A stretch of DNA of 63,998 bases, counting the filler, from Neolecta irregularis DAH-3 (lineage: Eukaryota): assembly GCA_001929475.1 (NCBI GenBank). It is 8 parts of 8 records of this genome, joined end to end, with 100 filler letters (N's around TTAATTAATTAA, not from the genome) between each part and the next. Parts side by side here need not be neighbours in the genome. Positions count along the whole stretch, not along the records: positions 31,308 to 44,901 come from LXFE01000208.1; positions 45,002 to 47,194 come from LXFE01002623.1; positions 47,295 to 49,327 come from LXFE01002628.1; positions 49,428 to 61,822 come from LXFE01000210.1; 4 more parts are not named here. One strand, given 5' to 3'. Numbering within the stretch: position 1 is the stretch's first letter; every line of letters starts with the position of its first letter. The notes beneath the pieces were generated by a model. That model was not told the origin of the DNA, made no database searches, and worked only from the letters and a program-made list of their open reading frames with translations. Below are positions 37,691 to 50,219 of this stretch, one piece after another. The position numbers and the translations under genes were made by a program.

Positions 37691-37726
37691 TGTGAAATCG
37701 CCGCTGAGCTTAAAAAGACATATTTG

Positions 37727-38745
37727 ATGACTGAGCGCCATTCGCATTTTTCAAGAACTGATTTCTACGTTGGAGGGCTTCCAACCTATATTCACGGATT
37801 AGCCGAAGTGTCGCAATCGAGATTACCTATTTCAGTCCTCTTCTTGCTCCATGGCAGACAAGGATCATCTAACGATTTGACGCCGTTTGTGCAAGCACTT
37901 CTAGAGTCAGCTGCCGCAGTCCAAGACCCCAAAATGGACTTGCTGGTTGTTACATTTGATCATCGCAATCATGGACATCGAAAGGTGTGCATTTGAGTCT
38001 AATCTTTATTGATAAAGTGAGGTACAAGATCTCGCGAAGTAACGTTCTACGCGCCGGTGAGAGATCTGATCTTTAAAAGTGGTTCTTGGAGCAGCGGGAA
38101 CCAATTGCACGCGTAGATTTTTAGAAAGTCGATCTGGAGCTGACAAGACAGACAAGATATGCTCTCAATCCAGTACGGAACTGCAACTGATGTCTCGCTC
38201 CTTGTCGACTTCCTTCCCAGCTATTTATTTCCAAATGACCAAAGGAAAATAGAACTTTGGGGATGTGCAGGTGTGAGCCTTGGTGGCCACTCGACTTGGA
38301 TGGTTCTACGACATGGTTTATGTCTATATATCTCTACTTCTGCTGACCAGATATAGAACCACGCATAAGCATTGGGATACCAATCATCGGATGTCCGGAT
38401 TATATAGCTTTAATGTCCCACCGAGCAAGGAAGGCGAGCCTTGGATTTTGCTCACCGCACCTGCCCAAATCACTCATAAAAACTATCAAGCGACTCAACG
38501 CAGCCTCCAACGAAGGCCTTGAATCTATGTCAGATAAGAAAATTCTTGTTCTCAGCGGGAAAGATGATCAGATTGTCCCATGGCCCTGCTCGGAGACTTT
38601 TGTTTCGAAATTACCAGATGTTCACAAGAAAATTGTTTTGTACGAGGGAGTTGGACACGAACTGACACATTTGATGATAAATGAGACTTGCAAATGGATA
38701 GACTGTTTTCTGGTTCAGGGAGAACATTTGACAGAAAGGTTATAA
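37727..38745 (+). CDS. alpha/beta-hydrolase (esterase-like), multi-exon
   Basis: LFLLHGRQG, FDHRNHGHR, nucleophile GVSLGGH, LSGKDDQIVP, YEGVGHE. Confidence 0.9.
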
Positions 38746-39815
38746 GGGCCAATGTATAAGTGGTTTTGAGATACAATTGGGAAGTTGCGAAATTACTATT
38801 CTTCAACTCTTTGCATCCTTCAAGTGTCGTATAGCAAAATCGAGATTTGCTATTATCTAGAAACGGGAACAATTGATCATGCCATAATATCTGTTTAAAG
38901 AATGTTTGGAACGTGTCCTATTCCTGAGGCCCGAGTAATTACAAAAGTTGACTCTGCATCTCCGATTCGCGACGAGTGCCAAGGGCTGTTGATTCATTTC
39001 ATATTTATGTTTTTCTTGAATGAGAGATCATGTCAAGCCAAATCTTCTTCCTTGGGCAATGATGGTTCATGCAATGGCTCGGCCCCATTCTTCACTCGTA
39101 GTTTCAGATCATTCTACCAATGTTTAAAAGACATGGGAGTATTGTTATATACTATTCACTTCAATTGATAAAGGTGTAGGGTTACAGGCTTTGCGGCTAT
39201 CATTAACATTGCACATTTTGAAATTTACAACCCTGTTTGTGTTTGTCATGATACTACTAGGAGAGAATAAACAAATCCATGTCTTGTGGCCACCAAATAT
39301 ATCTGTCACTCGTGACGATAAAATCTCATGTGTTTCATGCTTTCAAGAGACTCTTGATAATGACGGAGAGAAAGTGTTGCGAATGTTTGATTCAGACTTT
39401 CCACTGCATTTGCAAAACAAAAATGGTGCACAATAGTATGAATTACAAAGCCAGTGTATCAGTTTTTTAACGTTGATATCGAGATATATGGTCTAGATTC
39501 TAGGATGGCCCGTCCACAACACTGCCTCTGCTCTCTATAATACTGTAGAGATGCAGTACAAAGTTCACATGAACTTGTTTTTGAGCTTGGACTGACATCG
39601 AATATCCTAGGACAACAGACTAAGAATTTGTATTGTAAGGTGTTGTAAATATCAAATTAGAATTTTGAATTATATTTTCTGCGTGTCTCGTCTGACATTT
39701 TGGTTTTATTTGGAGCAATCAAATCACAAAATCAGTTGTCGTAGACAGAAATTTGATTTATATTTGATTACTCAGTTTCCCTGGTAAATGGACCGAGACA
39801 AAGCAGGTACTTGAA

Positions 39816-41101
39816 TTATAATTTAGAGGGAATATCGTTCTGCTCGTTAACCCTGATAACAACCTTTCCCCAGCTTTCGCGGGTCGCGATGGCATTTAAT
39901 GCTGCGGGGACATTTTCAAGGCTTTTGTATACTTTCTCAAAAGCAATTCCACATAATTTCTTGGCGGCGATTAACTTTAATATATCATCCCAGACCTGGA
40001 GATCAGCAATTATTGCAAAAGGCCAGTGTAAACTTTGTATACTGTCTCTAGTTCATAGAGGTGATAACCCCCCCAATAAAACCCAACGAGTGAACAATTC
40101 TTTAGTAAAACCTGTAAAATGTTGGCTACAGTTTGAGAAGATTTAGGGATACTCTGTTCAATGCGACTTTTTCAATATTCCCCGCGGCAAATCCAATTAC
40201 GACAATGCGTCCTTTCCAAGCAATACATTTTAGACTCTTATCAACGAGACCTACTGGATCGTAGACGACTTGACCCCTTTAGCGTTACACCGATACAAAC
40301 GTACCATCGACTCCCTTATTATTTGGCGTACAACGGCGGACCTGTTCAGTCCAATCCTTTTCGGTATAATTAACCAGATGGTCAGCACCAAACCTCTTTG
40401 CGACTTGGAGTTTTTTCTCTGTAGAAGCAGTAGCAATGACTGTTGCACCTAGTGCTTTCGCCACTTGAACAGCAACAAGGCCGACTCCTCCTGCAGCAGC
40501 ATGAACAAGACATGTTTCACCTACGACAATTAAAAGAATAACCTTCGCAAGTAGTACCTTTTTTTAAACGGGCTCTATCCACGAGAGCAGTATAACCCGT
40601 CGGAGCAGTCAAAAATAACCCTGAAGCATCTTCAAAACTCCATCCTTGAGGAATCGGAAAAATCACATGTTCCAAAACACTTATTTTCTCCGCAAAAGCT
40701 CCTTGGCCGTACCCGAATACTCGATCTCCTTTTTTATACTTGTGATTTACCGGAGCTGAAAGAACTACCCCGGCGAATTCACCACCTGCGATCCACGGAA
40801 ATTGAGGCTGCCAATCATTCCTTTTGAAATTTGAAATTTTCGATATACCTGAGTTTGATATTTCCCCTTAATTTGTAAAAGATCATAAAAGTTTGCTGAT
40901 GCCGCTTTTATTTGTACGATAACTAATCAAGTAAAAAAGAGACTGTTTTCTAGAAAAATACCATTATCATCTCCTTGTACTGGATCCGGAATGTCCGAGA
41001 TTTTGAGATCGAAGGGAGTCTAGACAATTATTTTAGAAATATTGAAAAGAAGGGGGGAAATGTGAGACTTTAACGTATTCGTTTAATTGAATTGCCTTCA
41101 T
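39816..41101 (-). CDS. NADPH:quinone oxidoreductase (zeta-crystallin-like MDR) with PTS1
   Basis: AASANFYDLLQIKGKYQ, PWIAGGEFAG, LVHAAAGGVGLVAVQVAKALGA; ends WGKVVIRV...PSKL*. Confidence 0.92.
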
Positions 41102-42497
41102 TTATTGTGGTTTGTTTGTACGAGGAGCTGTGGGGTTTGTTCGTTGTAAACGCCAATCAAGATAGACCTATCGATTAGAAATCGGGCATTTTTTCTATTT
41201 TTTCAAAATATGTCATTATCTTCCAAGAAAACGCTCTTAATTAAACCTTTATGAATTATTAACTGAGTTTGTTTTATTTTATCGTTGATAGCGTTTCATT
41301 GGATTTTATTTCAGGCTGCGTTTTGCATTACCATTCCAAAGATTTCATGAAATCCTGAAACGTTAAAAATGAAATTATTTGTTATGAAATTGCAATTTGT
41401 AATGTATTTTTTATAGTATTCCTGTTCAACGAGTTTTGCAGTCCCACACCAAAATTTATAAAATCCCTTGGTCTTTATCCCCCACGCTACAACCATTATT
41501 AACCAACTACAATGACAATCACTGGAGCAAAATGGAACCCCATTCAAGAACAAACATTATTGAGGGTCTTGCTTGACGAAACAAGCGAATGAAAATCGTC
41601 TGAAGGAGGATTCTGGAGAGCAAGCTGAGAGAAGGTCTCTGGGATCTTTAACTTTGAGCATGAAACACAAAATGATATTGGCCAGGTGAAACCAAAGTTC
41701 AATATTGTATGTGTAATTATTTTCATATAATAGACCTAGGGCAAACCCACCCCTAGTATTTACTGATGTGGTATAGATGAAAAGTGAATAGTATTGATTT
41801 TTGTTCCTCATCAGCCATTTCTTTATTTGGTTGTGTTGTTGAGATGAATTTGATGCTTTAGTTAGTAGACAGTGATAGATGGACTCGAGGAATTTTACAC
41901 TTCAAAAAAGAATACGTTGACCTGTTTTCTTTTGAGAAATTTTGAGAAATTTGAGTGGAAAAAAGTTAACACGTTTGCGTTTGGCACGTCTAAAATCTGA
42001 ATTTCACAAATTGGCCAATTTCATGAAATTCGGGCTAAATGAGTGACTGCAAACCGCATCTTTAATAAACTTTGACTTCTTTGAATCCTTAAGTTATGTT
42101 GGTGGGAATCATGATACTCTTTGTACCTGTTCAAAGAGATATAAAATGGAATACCGATCAAATATCTGCTCCCCAGTATAAACATTCAATGCCCCACCGA
42201 TCATAGAAGACATCACTTTTACAATGAATAGAGATAGTCAATTGGGAACATGGATAATTTTTTTAAAGACCGTTTAGATTTGTACTGAAACATCCTGAAA
42301 TTTTCACGTTTTGTAGAGGTGAGCATGTAGACAAGTTGGCCCGTGGATATATTTCAGGGTAACGTCAATTAAGCAAATACAACACCCGACAATCTCAATA
42401 AACCCGAATTTTTCTTCTTCTCCCGCATCGACATTAGTTTTTTTGGAAGGGATTTTTTCATTCTAGTCTAGGGTTTGCTCCCACTTTTCAAAAACAA

Positions 42498-43212
42498 ATG
42501 TCGTCATCGTCGTCACCGTCATCCGAGTCTGAGACGGATAATACGTCGCTTTTTCCATCTATTCCCAATCTTCAGTTTAATCCCAATATTTTCCCTGATC
42601 TGTTGATTTTTGAAGAATCGTTGCGTCAGCGCTATAAGACTTTACAAGCTAGAAAGAGGCGGTATACAGGTAACCTCTGAATTTCTAGTATTATCGAAAA
42701 TGACACTATCATAGTTTTTTTCACGTTATTGCTTGGCTGGTGTTTTGCATTTGGGTATCTGGTTCTGTTTGAATCTCCTGGAGTATTGTAAAGTCTTTTA
42801 AAAGGGTCTAATTAGATAGAATTATTACCTTTCACTTTTGTGCCATTTGAGCTTTCTCGGTGGATTACTTACGATGTCGATTTACTATTTATCTGGATTG
42901 TACCACTCGACCTTGATCGCCCCGCGGAGATTTATTCCACAGACAAACCGGTCTTTGAGGCAGTTTCATTTCAAGATTATAAAGAACCCACGATATCGTT
43001 GGTGGGATTTCAGGAAACAAAGTCTTGCGGAAAGACAAGTGTTGCTTGTTCTTACTCCAAAGGTCTACTCTACGGAAATTAGAGAGGGATGGGAGACTTA
43101 TCGACGAGAATACTGGGAGAACGAGGAGGTGAGGCGACGGGTCATTCGACGGAGTAGCGGGGACAAGAAGAGTGCTGTAACCAAGAAGGGCGGGAAGAGA
43201 AAGAAGACTTGA
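42498..43212 (+). CDS. SPO7: Nem1-Spo7 phosphatase regulatory subunit
   Basis: DLLIFEESLRQRY...ARKRRYT, two transmembrane segments, APRRFIPQTNRSLRQF, EIREGWETYRREYW. Confidence 0.9.
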
Positions 43213-43323
43213 TATTGGCGTTTATGCATTTCATTGTACATTAGAATGGATATTGTTGCAGTAGAACTGGGTATATAAATTATTAAGAGATATAGATCCA
43301 TATAGCAAAGTCTCATTCTTCAT

Positions 43324-44034
43324 CTACTCTCTAGATTCCGGTCGGTAAACGAGTTCGCCTCCCTTGCCAGCAAAGACATTTTCCTTTCCTTTTGTACCGA
43401 CTAGTTCCTCGATTCGTTCCTTCCAATTGACCGAATGCCTTTTTGATTGAAAAACAGGGTATGAGATGCCCGTGAAATCCAAGAAATCTATTGTTGGTAG
43501 GGGATAAGGAGGGCATACGTTTTTCGGCATATTGGTAAAAGAAACAGATTAGATTTTCTGTTTTTGTGAATACTCGTTTCGAGTCTACGGTAGAGATATA
43601 TCCCTCTGTGATGAGGATTTGAATGCTTGCTATTTGAGATGGTGGATTATAGATTAAATGCGAGTAATTTGGGCTGGGATATTTTTCTGGAAACTTGAAG
43701 ATGTTGTCATCTAGTAATGAGTGGCGTATTGTATTGTATTACCGTTTGTAGTGTCGATAGTTACAGGGAATTGTTCATCCTGTTCAATGACATCCCAGTT
43801 TTCAAGTTTTCCGTCGATGTATATTCTTGTTTCGATGGGATTGTTCAAGGGAAGCCAGGAATGAATGCTTATTCTGAAGGGGGAGTTTGGGTGAAATGTA
43901 GTGTAGGAGGTTAATGTTGGGAGGGAGAGGGAGAGGGTGTCGGGGTCGAGGGTGTATGTGAATGTCGGTTTGAATTCTTTTTTGGGAATAGAGGTGTGTT
44001 GAAAGAGGAGGATGTCAAAGTCTTGGTAGCGCAT
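43324..44034 (-). CDS. conserved fungal hypothetical protein
   Basis: MRYQDFDILLF...PKKEFK...PFRISIHSW...RIYIDG resembles an uncharacterised ascomycete family; several short exons. Confidence 0.55.
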
Positions 44035-44297
44035 GAAAGTGCAGATTGCAGAGTGGATAGAGCGAGGAAGGGTGTGGTATAGGATAGGGTGATGAAGAGT
44101 GAAGAGTGAGGAGTGAGGAAGAGTGAGGAAGAGCGTGATGAGGATATAAAGAAGTGTATATGCAGTATATGCAGTATATGTAGCAGATAGCGGATGAAGG
44201 AGTGTCGGAGGTACGTCATAGTTTGTTATCATCACTGCCGACTGGACAGTATCGACATTGGCGAGCTTAGGCGGTGAGATGGTTACAAATCGCAGTA

Positions 44298-44415
44298 TGC
44301 ACTCAGCACTCGGACTTTAACAGTCGGACTCTAGCACTCGGGCATTAGCATCGGACCCTAGCACTCGAGACTCTCACTCGGGCTCTAGCATTGAGACAGT
44401 AGCACTCGAGACTGA
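44298..44415 (+). repeat. degenerate ~14-15-nt tandem repeat (TAGCACTCGGACTC-like)
   Basis: About 8 imperfect copies. Confidence 0.75.
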
Positions 44416-44419
44416 TAGA

Positions 44420-44692
44420 TTCAACAGGGCAGACCACGGCCGGGTTCCCGCTGAAAAGACATATTCAACCTGGTAGCCCACGGCCGGGTTCCCGCTGAGA
44501 ACAAGACATATTCAACCGGGTAGCCCACGGCCGGGTTCCCGCTGAGAACAAGACATATTCAACCGGGCAGACCACGGCCAGGTTCCCGCTGAGAAGACAT
44601 ATTCGACCGGGTAGCCCACGGCCGGGCTCCCGCCGAGAACAAGACAGATTCAACCGGGTAGCCCACGGCCGGGTTCCCGCCGCGACAGATTA
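44420..44692 (+). repeat. minisatellite, 6 copies of a 44-47-nt unit
   Basis: Consensus TTCAACCGGGTAGCCCACGGCCGGGTTCCCGCTGAGAACAAGACATA, head-to-tail with no unique spacers. Confidence 0.92.
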
Positions 44693-45001
44693 GCACGGCG
44701 AGGGCTGCCGTAAAGAGTTGACTCAATGCCGATCATGTGCGGCCGCCCCCGCCGCCCGCGCGTCTTTTTGCAGCGCCCGCTACTTTTTCCCTCCTCCGCC
44801 GCCAGCCCGCCGCGAATCCTGCCTCTGCCCCGCGCATGTCTTTCCACCACGACGCCTACCTGCAGACTGCTGCTGCTGCTGCTGCTCCGGCGGCTGCGGC
44901 TNNNNNNNNNNNNNNNNNNNNNNNNNNNNNNNNNNNNNNNNNNNNTTAATTAATTAANNNNNNNNNNNNNNNNNNNNNNNNNNNNNNNNNNNNNNNNNNN
45001 N

Positions 45002-45235
45002 CTAGCCTAAGTAGACGTACTTGGCTAGGCATTTCCCCATTCCCGTCACTACAGTCAAACCTGGATACAACGAATGTGGCTTGGCAACGTTTTCAGTTTG
45101 TTATAACGAGATTCGTTGGATGAAGATGGCCAAATAAGAAATAACAAGACCCTAGAAAATCCAAACCAAATGAATCAGAGAGAAAAATAACTTGATTCTA
45201 CCATCTATATCTTGATGATGATGTATATGATTTAT
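45002..45235 (+). repeat. ~234-nt direct repeat, recurring at 46961-47194; contains a pogo/Tc1-like left end
   Basis: Near-identical sequence at both contig ends; TA|CAGTCAAACCTGGATAYAACGAA at 45052 and 47011. Confidence 0.9.
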
Positions 45236-45354
45236 ATGCCATTTTTAAACCAAATCTACCTTGAACATCATGTCTTCTGTTACAACATAACCAGATGTCA
45301 TCCAATGAATTCACTTCAGAATCTCTTAAAAGTGGGAGCTGTGCTGGATCCTGT

Positions 45355-45497
45355 CAGAATTGTGGGTGGGCTGTGCCATTGGCTTGGGTTTAAATAGGCA
45401 GTGCGTCCAGGGCATTTGCCTAACCTGCCTGCTGACTGCCGATTCAGGCCCATGGGCACTGAGCCCAAACCAGTGGCGCAACCCATCTGCAACACTC
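45355..45497. mobile_element. decayed MITE with ~36-nt terminal inverted repeats
   Basis: Left AGAATTGTGGGTGGGCTGTGCCATTGGCTTGGGT versus revcomp of right AGTGTTGCAGATGGGTTGCGCCACTGGTTTGGGC. Confidence 0.65.
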
Positions 45498-45643
45498 ACT
45501 GGTGGTGGGTACGCAGAGCAATCTTTTGCCCATTTGTAATAGCGGAGCGGCCTTTCACTGATATTTTTATAACGAATTTTGCATTAATCTAAAGAACTTC
45601 GTAGTAAGATCTAAANNNNNNNNNNGTATTTCTTTTCTTCTCA

Positions 45644-46522
45644 TCAGATACTAGACGATACGAATAGTTTCTCACCTATGATAAATCTTGGAGGATTGGC
45701 TTTTGGATAATATGCAGTGTAGATGTTATTGTCAGTTTTGTAGACTCTGAACATCCTCAACATTGCTTCGCTTCTCATTGTAGATGTGATAGCAAATACA
45801 GAAGCATAAGCCTTGAACGCCATACTTGCTGCGATTACTGCCAGGCAATCGAGAGTAAGATAACCATAATAGGAGTAGAATATAGAGTAAACCCCAGCTA
45901 TGGCGGCCACTATATTCGCTTCAATTAGATATTCGAGGACACGTCTTGTTGTGTCAAAATTTTCGTAATTGAGTGGCATTTCATTCAGCATCTTCCTGCT
46001 CTGAATGAACGAGTTAAATTCGCCCACCACAAATGCAAAAACACTTATCACGTTCCACCATTTTGCGACGGTATTAACCCACGTAAGACTGGTGATAATC
46101 GCAGCTACATGCCAGACAACTGTGGTGGCAAGCAAAATCTCAGCGACGATGAATATTATTTTTGTGAACTGAAGAAGACGCTTATCGAATAGTTTTTTAG
46201 GCATACGAGACCAAGATATACCCAACTCGATGCATGCATACAAATCGTGGACGATCAGATCCACGTTATCCGGTAATCCGTAATAAACTTTAATTGTAAG
46301 AACAAATACGTCGAGAAGGCCACACAGGGCCAGGAATGTGAAAAGGATTTGAATCGTGAATAATTTAGCAATATCTTTCCTTGCTTTCAGATTTCCAATC
46401 ATTGGAACTACCATCTAGCTTTTTAGAACCCTGGCCTCGGTAGGAAGACATACCGCCGACGAACAGTATAACAAGAAGGAAAGAGTTCCGGTTAGTAGGA
46501 TCCATTTTTCACTCGAGTCCAT
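45644..46522 (-). CDS. multi-pass (about 7 TM) membrane protein of unknown function
   Basis: First exon MDSSEKWILLTGTLSFLLYCSSA, short intron, then a 256-aa ORF with about 6 hydrophobic segments. Confidence 0.75.
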
Positions 46523-46879
46523 TTCCGTACCTTTAATAATTAGGCAAGGGAACGAGAGGAAAGGTGACAAGCCTCAGCGGTAAATGAAATACTAAAACCG
46601 AATGTGCGGATTTATGCTAATCCTAACCCTATGATACATATCACTAATCGGTGAGTTTCCGACTTAGGAAAGATGCGCCACGATGACAAGGCGCGCCTTA
46701 GGCGATCTCTTCCCGCCTTTTCGCCGCATCCGGTAAGTGCGTAAAATCAGCTTATCTGAAAACAAGGCAGCAGGCCTATGTTCCGGAAAGAGACAAGTCA
46801 TAACAGCAAGGATGGGAAACGATGGTGTTGGATAAGAGGATGCCAGTCTCTTCCCAATTGCACCGTTGAAGACGGAATG

Positions 46880-46990
46880 TGTAAGCTATGTGCTTAGAAG
46901 TATGATAAGACCAAGTGATATAACTAGCCTAAGTAGACGAACTTCATGAGGGGAACATACCTAGCCTAAGTAGACGTACTTGGCTAGGCA
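46880..46990 (+). repeat. dispersed direct-repeat plus hairpin element, full copy
   Basis: Aligns over about 110 nt with revcomp of 50791-50901. Confidence 0.8.
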
Positions 46991-47439
46991 TTTCCCCATT
47001 CCCGTCACTACAGTCAAACCTGGATATAACGAATGTGGCTTGGCAACGTTTTCAGTTTGTTATAAGGAGATTCGTTGGATGAAGATGGCCAAATAAGAAA
47101 TAAACAAGACCCTAGAAAATCCAAACCCAATGAATCAGAGAGAAAAATAACTTGATTCTACCATCTATATCTTGATGATGATGTATATGATTTANNNNNN
47201 NNNNNNNNNNNNNNNNNNNNNNNNNNNNNNNNNNNNNNTTAATTAATTAANNNNNNNNNNNNNNNNNNNNNNNNNNNNNNNNNNNNNNNNNNNNGTATCT
47301 CATCAAGAATCTTCTCATTTTTCGATTGGTTCTCAAGATAGTGCTGAAACACCTGGATTGAAGACTGTGTAATATCTCTACTGGGCTGTGTGGCTGCAAA
47401 GGATCAAATTCCTTAGTAATAGACATGATGGGGATGCAA

Positions 47440-47702
47440 TTGAGAAGGTTGGTATATTTTATGAGGCTAGTGGATTTGGTGGTGAGGCTGGGCGATTCCA
47501 CAAGGTGGGACGATTCCACAGGTGGACAGAACACAGTGTTAAGCCTAGGGCGCTACGGTCATCTGACTGGTCAATGTGGAACACTATCCACATGGGGGTC
47601 CAGAGTCTTGGATTGGGAGGGCGCCCACAGCTTGTGGCGTCCTCTATGTCTGACCCGGCAGGTGCTGTTGTGTGGGGGCGGGGGACTTGATAGTGTCCAC
47701 AT
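47440..47702. mobile_element. Tc1/mariner-like terminus plus a small MITE
   Basis: GATTCCACA direct repeats ending ...GAACACAGTG (47538); inverted pair ATGTGGAACACTATC (47575) and GATAGTGTCCACAT (47689-47702). Confidence 0.5.
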
Positions 47703-47790
47703 GCTCCTCGCAAAGCTATAATTTCGATTATGGTTTCAGGATACCCGTAAAGGGCAAATTACTCATTATTATGTCTATACTACTACCATC

Positions 47791-48896
47791 ATGAAATTGG
47801 AAAACACGCTAATAGGCTTGTGGACCATTCCATAAATGGTATCGGGGAAACGCGTGTGGTTTCGCGGTGTACTGTTTGTCCATTTATCCAGTTCGGCTGA
47901 AATCAAAAAGATATAAAATCACAGCTTGTCCAAGCATCAGTATTCATTCTTTCAATGTTTTTCTCAACATTCTTTTATATCGCAACTTCTTTTGTTTTTG
48001 CAGCTTGTGTTCCTATGAAAAAATGCAATACCGATCAGACCACCAGAATCGCAGATTACCTTATTCGTATATACTATCTCCTGTCCTAACTGATAAGAGA
48101 AAACACCCTCGGGGGCGCAGATGGCTTTACTGGGTCCCAATGTCTCGCAGTCGATAGCTCTGAAACTGATCCAATTTCTTTTGGCGCTTCTTGGAGTTGG
48201 GACTATTCGGATGCAGGAAAACAGTCTGTGTCGGTTCTCATCGCCACTGATTTTAAGCACGGTTAAATCGTATTCGAATGCAGTTCGTCTGCAAGATGCT
48301 CCCATACCAGTCACCAAAATCACTTCAATGCCATCGTCATGGAGTTGGGAGTATTAATCCTTCTCTACTAGTTCACATAGTGATGACTTTCAGGTATTCT
48401 GGAGAGGGTGTAGTTGCAGATGTAACCTACGATCTCCTTTTCTCACCGACACCAAAACCGGCGCAGCATCAAGACAATCTTTTTGAAATCATGATCTGGT
48501 ATTCTTGACAATATATTGCATTCTGACGAGTTTCCAGGCTTGGACAGTTGGGTGACATGTTCCCATTGTCCTACCCAGGTAGTGTCGCCGAACATGTAAC
48601 GGTTGCCGGGCGCAGCTGGTTACTTTACCGTGGGATAATAAATACCAATCAGAATGTTATTTCTTTCATAAGAATGGACGGGGATATTAAGGATTACCAG
48701 GCGGACATCAATGAATTCGTGAAACACTGCATAGATAAGGAACATCTACCCACTGATTATTATATGCTGGCCATAGGAGGTATCTTTTCCTCCTTTTTCA
48801 ATGGGAATTAATTGAATAGGCGGATCCGAAGCGGTCACAGGGAAAAATGCATATTTCCAAACAAAGTCTTACTCAGTCAAAATAAACCAAGGGTAA
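47791..48896 (+). CDS. glycoside hydrolase family 12 endoglucanase/xyloglucanase, multi-exon, 5' end possibly disrupted
   Basis: GSQC, SWSW, VKSYSNA, MPSSWSWEY, ADVTYDL, FEIMIWL (nucleophile Glu), GSEA (acid/base Glu). Confidence 0.88.
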
Positions 48897-49171
48897 ACTT
48901 AGGGGTATTTAATAAACAACTCATTCGCTCTATCCAATATTTAATTTGCTATTCCCCACTGATATCGGATATGTGGATTCTGTTTGCTACTTTGGTATAT
49001 TGATGCAATCTCTGAAAGATTGTCTAGAATGCTTGCTTTTATTGGGCTTCCATTCCTTGCCGTGCGCCTCTATAAATTGTCTGAATATATCTCAGCGCCA
49101 ATGAGATGTGGAGTATACAAAGAGCTGAGTCCAAAAACACGTGTTTTCCGGGGTCCAGTGCGCACCAGAGG

Positions 49172-49327
49172 CAGTGTCCAACCGCCCGCGCAAAAGATCT
49201 GATCCGCCCGACAGCCGGCGGGTCGTTGGCCAAATTACTAAGCCGCCCGCTTACCGAAGAGATCTGAACACCTCCGCCCGCCAGAACACTCTCTGGCGGG
49301 TAGTTGGGCAGGCCACCGGCGGGGGGG
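49172..49327 (+). mobile_element. GC-rich hAT-like transposon left end
   Basis: Starts CAGTGTCC with repeated CCGCCCG / GGCGGG subterminal motifs and runs into the contig end. Confidence 0.5.
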
Positions 49328-50084
49328 NNNNNNNNNNNNNNNNNNNNNNNNNNNNNNNNNNNNNNNNNNNNTTAATTAATTAANNNNNNNNNNNNNNNNN
49401 NNNNNNNNNNNNNNNNNNNNNNNNNNNTCACAATGTATCATGTAGTAAATGTTTTTAGTTCCGGTCCATTGTAACCCGGCTGGCTCAAGAAAGCAATAGT
49501 CGCGTTCTTATAATTTCTCCTCCATTGAAGATCATCCAGCATCACTGAAGATCGACGATAGCCCACATGTGGGATTAGGACTGCAGCTGGTCAATGGCCG
49601 ATCTCCAGAAGGTTTCCAAAAGATGGCTCGTATTCTTGCAATGCACGACCATCCCCATCTTATTGGCTTTACTATTCTGTACGAATGGAATTTTCAATCA
49701 TTCTTAATTTTTGGTCGTCTTTTAGCTTTCCTTTTTGCTTTGTTGTCGGGTTCAATGTGCTGGTTACTGGTTTCAATTTTGACGAATTCGAGGAGTTAGC
49801 CAGGATGGCTCGGACTATTGAGCTATGTTGGTTTCCAGTTGTTGAACAGGAGTAAATTTCAGGTGAAAAGGATGCTAATGCGAAAATTTTGGACGGGGGA
49901 CGAGTTGTCAGAGAGGCTGAAAGAGCTGTTGGCGGAGGCGAAAACAAACCCAGAAATGCAATTAATAGTAAAATCACTTTGTATGAACACAATGGATCAT
50001 CTTATCCTAACTTTATTCAACAACATATATTTTTCTTTCTATACGGAAACTTTCCTTTATCAACAGCCTTCAGATTAACATTTA

Positions 50085-50219
<135 letters not shown>

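Noticed and set aside
41311-41830. Hydrophobic ORF fragments
   Set aside because: Multiple stops and no recognisable family; possibly a decayed gene but unsupported.
44420-44692. CRISPR-like regular repeats
   Set aside because: Head-to-tail units without unique spacers, no cas genes, eukaryotic context; a minisatellite.
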